Part shown: positions 10,329-17,798 of the stretch, one piece after another
Layout of the letters: the number at the start of each line of letters is the position of its first letter
Numbering within the stretch: the first letter of the stretch is position 1
Assembly: GCA_016906335.1 (NCBI GenBank)
Contig: JADEYG010000014.1
Location: 1-17,798, forward strand
DNA: 17,798 nucleotides
Reading direction: 5' to 3'
DNA from: Novakomyces olei
Taxonomy: Eukaryota
The notes under the pieces: model-generated
Seen by the model: only the letters and a program-made list of their open reading frames with translations
What the model was told of the DNA's origin: nothing
Databases searched by the model: none
Position numbers and translations under genes: made by a program

Positions 10329-10785
10329 TATTATATTATCAGATAACTATAATATGTGTAGCACATCTTGTATAATAAATATATTATATAAATACAACAA
10401 ACCCTACCCTTGCCGCCATTCTCTGCCCTGACATTATGCTGTAATCCTGGTTTCGATCTGACGCTCTTTTTATAGCCTCCAGCCTCCACTGTGAATTACC
10501 TTAACATACCCGCGCTTTTCCCATACATTAACGGCGCATTAGCCAGTAAAATCCGTCCCTGAAACCCCTCCTACAATTTCTACTGCATTTCTTATTTACA
10601 TTACGCCGTAATTCGCGCGTATGTTAAGGTAATTAGCATGAACCCCCCCCTCATACATTAATTTATTTTTGGACCGCATTACGCCGCAAAATCAAACCGA
10701 AAACCCTGTCCAATTTTCAATGCTATAATAATCACATAACAAAATTATTGATTTTGCGGCGTAATGCGCGCTGGAATATGTATAA
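10329..10785 (+). repeat. Subtelomeric composite repeat cluster 3 (modules C-A-B)
   Basis: 10329-10418 matches 1499-1590. It has a 16-bp IR (10494-10509/10619-10634) and a 21-bp IR (10675-10695/10748-10768), and ends GCGTAATGCGCGCTGGAATATGTA as at 2387-2410. Confidence 0.85.
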
Positions 10786-11036
10786 GTAATATCAACCGTT
10801 CGAACTTCAACATAACTTCAATTAATTCAACAAAGATTATTATATAGGACCGTTCGAACAATATATCCAACATCAATAATTTTAACACAAAAGCTTAGTT
10901 TTATAATATTTTTTTATTTTAGAATGTTAGGGTTTATACAGATCAAAAGACGTACGCGTAGTGCGGTCATGTTAAATGCCGTAAACGAAAGCCAGACGTG
11001 GCTAATGTTGACCGTGCTGGTGAAGCAAAATTGAAA

Positions 11037-12103
11037 ATGATTGATAATGAGGAAATCGATGAAATGCGTTGAATTCCTCGTCCGCAGTTAATGATAAGTT
11101 TTCACGTCAGCGCCTTCAGGACTGCGTTTGAGCATGGATCCCGCTTGAAACGCCGGTGACCGTTGCATCCAGTCTGGAGTTAAGATATGCAATATACCAT
11201 CTGCGTTTATTCAGCGCAGTCATTATGCAAATTGCGGCTTATCTTGAGTTGTCGTCGCATCTATCATACAAAACAAAGGTGTTCTCGAGTTCAATGGAAC
11301 CCGTTGCCTACCGAATGATCCCATTCAGGTGGGGAAATAGTTGTATATAGTTGATGGTAAGTCGCAGATGAGAGGATGTTTAGACTGACTGTTTAGAAGA
11401 TGCAGAAGAACTGAGACCGCAAGAGGGACCCGAATCAAAAAGCAAAGCAAGGCCTTTTCGAAATTTACATCTTGATGAGCTTACGTCGACGTACAGCAAG
11501 TCTTCACGGAGCTCATACGGACAGGTAGGGGAGGAAGAAATTTTCTTTGGTACTCACATGAACTAGAATCGTTCAGGGGAGCGTTTGGATGATGAGAGAT
11601 GGCGGCTGTCTAGTGTTTGGTGAGTTTGGAGAAGACAGATGTGAGGCCTGCCATATTATTCCCAAATCGCGCGGAAATTATGTATGTTTGACCGGAAACC
11701 TAAGTTTTTAGAGTTGTTGCTTACCTGTCTCAGCTTTTGCACGGAATCCTTGAGCTAGCATAGCTGACGCTTTCGATATCATTTCTGTGCAGAACGGACT
11801 GTTTCTTTCCTATGAACTGCACAAATACTTCGACAAGTATATGTTGGTATTATTGTCCGGTAAGACAGTATACTGGAGATTAGAGTACTTAAAATTACCA
11901 GGAACAGAGGTTTTCGAAATTCATTGTTTGTGCCGAAGGACAATTTGTTGGACTATCACGGAAAGCAGCTTCTACTAAATCCGAGGTTTAAAAAATACTG
12001 GCCCCGTAAAGAGTTTCTTGACTGGCATTACCGTCAATGCGTGATGGCCAGACTTCGAAGACATTCTTCATTCATGAGCGCCAGAACAGGCATGATTTCA
12101 TGA
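11037..12103 (+). pseudogene. HNH endonuclease (HNH_2 / Crinkler-type HNH family), intron-containing, disrupted
   Basis: Stitched protein: ...MRDGGCLVFG...CEACHIIPKSRG...SVQNGLFLSYELHKYFDKY...DYHGKQL...WPRKEFLDWHYRQCVMARLR. GT-AG introns at 11357-11396, 11525-11566, 11682-11733 and 11860-11901. The start is uncertain (possibly near 10924), and there are several indels and stops. Confidence 0.8.
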
Positions 12104-12231
12104 GCCCGAGACGCGTACAATTTATCCGTCTGTAAACCATGGACAATGTATATCGATTATTTTGAGAAATTAAGAGCCAAAATTTTGATTATCGAGGTGA
12201 TCCGATCCAGCAATTATAAAAATGATAGCTG

Positions 12232-12990
12232 TCATCTTTTTATTGGCCTGGCTACGGACATATATGTCAACATATGAAGTTTTGACACATCTGGAGCGAT
12301 ATGGTCAGAACGAATGCCTATTTCACTAGTCAATTCTACTAATTGCTCTTGAATCAGTCCAATGTCCATAGGACATATGGGCCTAGCACTGGTTCGAAAT
12401 TCAGCCAGTGGGCCGTCCGCAAGATCAGAATATGAAGGTCAACCATGAATCGTACGTGAGTTTGATTCTTTCTGCCCAACCAATCACGCTTAAATCGGCG
12501 ATCTTGTCAAATATATTTCACCCTTTAGCAATACGACATCAAAATATATTGCTGTAATAATTTGCAATCAACCTTGTCTCCAAGATTTTAGAGCCCATGG
12601 CTGGCCTTAGTCTCATAAATGGCTCTTTCTTTCGGATCTGTGCATGCACACAATAGTCCGCAACTAAAATTGTTTGGAATAGCTAGGCTTTGCATGGAAA
12701 TCTCAAGAAAGCGAGGTCAATACCGCATGGAGAGCAAGTCAGAGTTCATACCGCCAGATGCATATGAACTCTCAGGGAAAGTGCGGTATCCCTTTTAAGG
12801 TAAAATTAGTACCATAAAGTTGTGCGCAATTTGTCTGTCCGGCTCTGATTTTTAGTGTTCTTTCGGGATACCCTGGGTCTCTTGAGAATTCAATAATCCA
12901 AATTTACGTCCATTAGCGCCATTTATATATGTCTTCAATCCAGGATTGGCCTCTTTCTGTCTATATTTAAGTTCGAGACAACTGAAGCCT
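12232..12990 (-). other. Possible degraded or spliced coding sequence of unknown function
   Basis: Short protein-like minus-strand open stretches (e.g. FDKIADLSVIGWAERIKLT; DLADGPLAEFRTSARPICPMDIGLIQEQLVELTSEIG...PIKR*). No family recognised. Confidence 0.25.
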
Positions 12991-15230
12991 CAATATTTGA
13001 ACAATGATAACTATTCTTGCGATAGGAAAAAAATTTATTCGCAAATCCCCACAACGGGAGAGACGCGGTCATATCTAACCCTGTAAACATTTATTTCACA
13101 CAGGAACTTTTCTGTTACGATGCGCCGGAAAATATGCCACTACACATTTGTCACTTCGAAGGAGATTGTCAAACTTGATCGCAGAACCCGGTCAAATGTC
13201 GCCATTGTGGTTAAACAAATCAACAAAGCTATGAGCCAATTGCCGCCGAAAACCTTAACCAAGACCTAGGTACAATAGTATATGCCATTAACGTGTTCTC
13301 GTTACGTTCTTTGAAGGATACATCCATGGTCACGACAGAAAGGTTCTATGCGAAATTCTAAATATCTTGCAATGCATTACCAAATGCTCACGGGACAAAA
13401 AGATGCAGTCTCGTTAAGTTTTCGCTTTTTGATCTCTCCTTCGGACGAGCGCAAGGCTCAAACCTTCGGTACAATGTGTTGAGCGTGTAGTCTTATTTGA
13501 CCAGTGATCACTCGGTCCGTAAACGACCACCGGTCAAGTCATACCACCAAAATCGCCATGCTACGGCTTATCAGCTCTAGGCTACTGACAATTAAAGCGT
13601 GAGCCACGATATACAAGTTACGATTATCGGCTCTTCCCTGTTGCGCAAATAAACGGAGGCTTTTCATTTGGAATCTAGATTTCTAGACCTCACCGCCATT
13701 AACGGTATGGCTTGTATCTGATCCTGTCGTTTGCTTGCTCCTGTAAGCCATCGTCCAGATCAATATAGATCCAGGCCAAAACTATTTTTGCCCCATAAAG
13801 GTATTAAGGCTGGGTTTGGTTAAAAATCAAAAAGCCGTGCACATAGCGTCACACAGGCATCTCTCCCCATATCATGGATCGAGGATCCACAAGACATAAC
13901 TGTTCTTACCTAGCCCATTGCTAGGCAAAAGAGAGTTGTGATGAAAACAGTACAGAACACGCTATATTTTCTGCAGCAGATACTTAGAGCATATACCATC
14001 GGTATCAGAAAAAAAACGACAGCACCAACTTTCCAAAGAACGGAGCTTCCTTGAAACTTGGCAAAGACATACCAGGCGTTCCGAAAGTCATTTTGTACTT
14101 CGGGAAATCGCTATCAATATCTCGCACAAGAAAGGTTGGGAACGCGCATCAGCAAGAACGCAGGAATTTATTTAGTCAATCTATTTCCACCTCTTTTAAT
14201 GGTCTAGCTCTCACCTTCTAAATAGTATTCTGGTGCACTGCCCGGGCCGATTGCCCACGGGACCAAAAGGCATCCGAATATTGGCGAGGACCATTCGAAG
14301 ATCAATTGCCAATCATTAACAGGTAATGGTATTGATGATGGATTGTTCCGTGGCTGCCAAAAACCACTGCAAATTGCATTTGAGCTCAGTATAGAGTCGT
14401 CCTCAGCCAAAGGCATAAGAACAGCCAATGGCATTCCCAAGCGCCCGAGTAACTTCTCCAAAGGCAATTGACGGCGGTAGGGACACCTTTAAAACTCCAC
14501 ATACATTCTGTTGGGCTCGCTTAATCCGGCACAAACTTTTTTTAAAGCTGGAGCTTTTATCGAAAATAGCCCACGAAAGAGAGACGACGTCAAGAGCTCG
14601 ACAACAACTGGTCTTTGGGCCAGTAATTCCAGTTATCTTGATTTCAAACCTCCTCTGCTGGCACGGCGACATACATACGTCATACGCCGGCACCGCAATC
14701 AAATGACTCCCCAGCAAATTCGGAACTCAAAAAATGAGGATGTCTAAAAGACTTGCACGTCATGGGCATTGCACGTCATGGCAGCGGCGCACCCAATTTG
14801 TCGGAGCGCACTATCAATACAAGGAGTCAATTATCATGGACATGGCTGAATTAATCTTGAGACAAACTTTATTTTTCTCCCACTTCGGTGTACCGCGATT
14901 TCCCCTGAATCCATGCTCAATTGAGGTCTTAAATTGTTGCGAATTTTTGTCTATATGCTGCTCTTAGGGATACATCCAGTATGTAGAAATATAGAATGCA
15001 AAGTTTAAAGAGTAGCTCGTTAGAATTCAGAAGAATCTGGTTTGTGTACAGTTTTTCCTGGAATCTGCATGTCCTCCAAAGCTACCAGCCGACAGCATTA
15101 ACTCATAGTACGGCACAATTTGTTGTCATTGTCTCGATATGGCTAACAAAGTTCATATTGAAGACGGGGCTCTGAGCATTATAATTCTCCTACAGAGCAC
15201 TGGCTGCGCTTTTTGGATATCAAATGCTCA

Positions 15231-16077
15231 TCATACCATGGATACTGCAAAACCTCTAAATCTCGTCAATACACATTGTGTGTAATGCCAGCGTAGAAGA
15301 GGAGGGTAAGGCTTATCACGGTCGCGAACTAAATCTATGAACATGATCTCCTTTCCGTGATATTCAGATACATCATCTAGAAATGAATGAACATAATATC
15401 GTCCATTCTCAACCCAGATACCAAAGACATATCGATCGAAAGCTTTATGCAATGAAGAACTGAGGGTCAGCCCGTTTCTCAACGCTGTACAAACCAACAC
15501 GACCCTGAGTAAGCTCAAATAAAAAGTTTTGGCCAAGGCTGTAGGGAATGATATGGCACGCTTCATTATAGTTTATATTTCTTTGGCCGCTGACCATACA
15601 GCGACCAAAATCGCGTATGAAGCATTCGAGACGAAATTGTGTTTGTCTTTGCGAGCTCCTCGAAGAACTACTTACGGTCGACAAACTATCAGTAACTGGG
15701 AGCGTTCGCATTCGCGATTTGCTCTGAGGTCCTGGTCAAAAGTTAATCTCGTAAGATGCAGGCTCGGCTAATATATACGTGGTCGGTAAAATTTCCGCAT
15801 CTGACTCGCATGATCCTTCATCGCAACATAACTTGATCGTCTCAGGTGCGTTCGTAATGGACGCAACGATAACTTCATAGAGATACTGAACCTTTTTCAC
15901 ACTGGCAAGTTTGGCACTAGCACAGAACTCAAAAGGCAGCTGAATAATCAGCTTGTTGTCGGAATTAACAATTTTGATGGTAAGGATGCTAGCCCAACTC
16001 TCCACAGAGGTTTTGTAAGTAGTCTCGTACAGCGGTTCACAAGACATTGTAGATTTAGTGCTCCAGCAGTCAATCAA
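15231..16077 (-). pseudogene. HNH endonuclease paralogue, intronless, two 1-nt frameshifts (possibly an intact CDS)
   Basis: ORFs 15736-16077, 15445-15711 and 15231-15566 join into ...QFRLECFIRDFGRCMVSG...EACHIIPYSLG...YSVE-NGLTLSSSLHKAFDRY...EYHGKEI...PYPPLLRWHYTQCVLTRFRG. The likely ATG is at ~16047. Confidence 0.85.
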
Positions 16078-16287
16078 GACCCCCAGTTAAGCTGACAGCG
16101 GTCGAACTGACATGGGCAAGGGATCAATTATTCAATTGTATAGGCTGGAGGCGTTATTGAAAATCATTACCAGGTTTTTCTCTACTGGAAATATAACCTG
16201 CTTCGTTTCTGACGATTTGAAGACGGAATGAGTGACGAGGTGATGTCGCAGGAAGTGTTTAGCAATCTTTCAAATTGAAAGACACGG

Positions 16288-16680
16288 CTATCTATTATTG
16301 CTAGCGACATTTTGATGTATGTCAAGACTGAGAAAACCCTTATCACTGATATTTTGGCAAAATGTCAGAGCGCGCTAGTAGATTACCCATATATTAAACA
16401 GCAAAAAAAATCACTTTCGCAGCAATATCAATGAAGGAGACATTCTATTGGATAAAACGGCAGGGCTAGCTGACATTTCGCAGCAATATTGATAGGTTGA
16501 GGATGTTTTATGAATACATATAGATTTCATTCATTGCCTTTAGGGCGAGGGTATATATTTTATAAAGATCATATTGCAAAGTGCATTTGCATATTTTATA
16601 TTTATTTGATAATAATATACTATAGATATAGCCTACCTGAATAAATATCCGTCTTGACTTAAGTCCAGGAATATGTATAG
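16288..16680 (-). repeat. Diverged inverted copy of modules C+D, with a B-type terminus on the + strand
   Basis: The reverse complement aligns with ~1983-2386 (CCTATCAATATT, TATCCAATAG, GTTTAATATATGG, AAATATCAGTGATA(A)GGGTTTTCTC, AAATGTCGCTAGYAATAATAGMTAG). The right end GGAATATGTATAG is at 16668-16680. Confidence 0.8.
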
Positions 16681-16716
16681 AATAAATGTAGTCGCCGGCC
16701 GCATACACGACCGTTG

Positions 16717-17798
16717 ATGGAGCATGATGCTTACTATGAATTTGGGCCTATTTTGGACGTGACAGAATACAATACAGTATTGAGCGTCTTTGGTATTTGG
16801 CTGAGATTGAAGATTTTACTTATTCTGTTTTTAGGTCTATCTGTTGTAGTCTTTGGACTGGCTTCAAAATTCGTGAAGCATCGTCTTTTTATCAATGAGC
16901 CCCGTAAGCCAAATCTTTAGAAAAACCCGTAATAATTTGTGCAGTCATTTATTTCCTTGTTGGGATCGCGCTTGGTCCGGAAGGCGCCAATTTCATTCGG
17001 CCATCATCGTGGGGCCCTGTTGACCAGATTACTCATGTAATATAAACGACTTTTTGGTTTAATATCGGTGATCTCTCTGACATTGAAGGGATTGGCCCGT
17101 CTGGTTCTCGGCATTCAGCTTTTCATCATTGGGATTGATCTACCGGCACAATTTATTTACCGGCAGTGGAAAAGTCTTGCAGTCCTTTTGCTTCGTATGT
17201 TTTATTTAATATTCAAATGCTCACATTTTAGCGTGTATGACGTTGACTTGGATAATTGCGTCAATAATTATCTATCTCTGTTTTAATATACAAAAGTTCG
17301 TAAGTTTTGTTTCATTATTGAAAACGCTATTTACCTTCTTTCTGACTCTACATAGTTACATGCTATGATCATTGGAGCTTGTGTCACCCCAACTGATCCT
17401 GTCTTATCAAACTCAATTGTGACAGGCGAATTTGCGGAAAAAAATGTCCCCTTAATTTTGCGTCATATTGTTGTTACAGAGGCAGGAGCCAATGATGGTA
17501 GGCACTGTACAAGCAGACTGGAAAGCTTACAGTTAGGTTTTGCTTACCCGTTCCTATTTCTTGCTATATACTTGGCAGATTATAGAGATGGACATTCTAC
17601 CGGACTTTGGTTTGTCAATACAGTCATCTACGAGGTTGTATTCTCCGTTGTTTATGGTTTTTGCGTTGGATATCTGTTCAAGCAATTTCTGTATTTTGCA
17701 GCACGACGTGATTTGGTGGACAGAGAATCATTTGTAATTTTCGCAGTTGCAACTTCACTTTCTATCTTGGGAACAGCGGGCATGATAGGAACAGATGA
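16717..17798 (+). CDS. Fungal CPA1-family Na+(K+)/H+ antiporter (Nha1/Sod2-related), 5' part; continues beyond window
   Basis: Intact spliced frame MEHDAYYEFGPILDV...LFINEPLIYFLVGIALGP...GACVTPTDPVLSNSIVTGEFAEKNVPLILRHIVVTEAGANDGFAYPFLFLA...VDRESF...GMIGTD. GT-AG introns at 16793-16834, 16904-16944, 17037-17088, 17195-17231, 17300-17355 and 17498-17536. Confidence 0.95.

Noticed and set aside
10795-10859. Repeated ACCGTTCGAAC upstream of the + HNH gene
   Set aside because: Only two 11-nt copies, too little to assign a regulatory role.

Overview
This is the left end of a fungal chromosome: telomere, subtelomere and the first housekeeping gene. The 37-56 nt GT-AG introns suggest a short-intron ascomycete (inference). 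In order, it contains: mixed telomeric repeats (CCCTAA/CCCTAACTAA/CCCTGACTAA); a ~0.9 kb CCATACATTATT minisatellite; clusters of a hairpin-rich subtelomeric repeat family; a frameshifted telomere-linked RecQ helicase (TLH) gene whose middle region has tyrosine-recombinase-like R-K-R-H-Y motifs; the 3' end of an LTR retrotransposon whose last coding domain is a JmjC dioxygenase with all Fe/2OG ligands, nested in a Ty1/copia remnant; two convergent HNH-endonuclease paralogues, one with introns and one without; and an intact intron-rich Na+/H+ antiporter running off the window. The best novelty candidates are (i) the JmjC-carrying LTR retroelement and (ii) the recombinase-helicase fusion. The fusion sits among repeat modules whose inverted arms co-vary between copies and whose AATATGTATAG-like end repeatedly marks one-ended truncation junctions. 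Many 1-nt indels may be assembly errors, so the reconstructed proteins are frame-stitched by eye.
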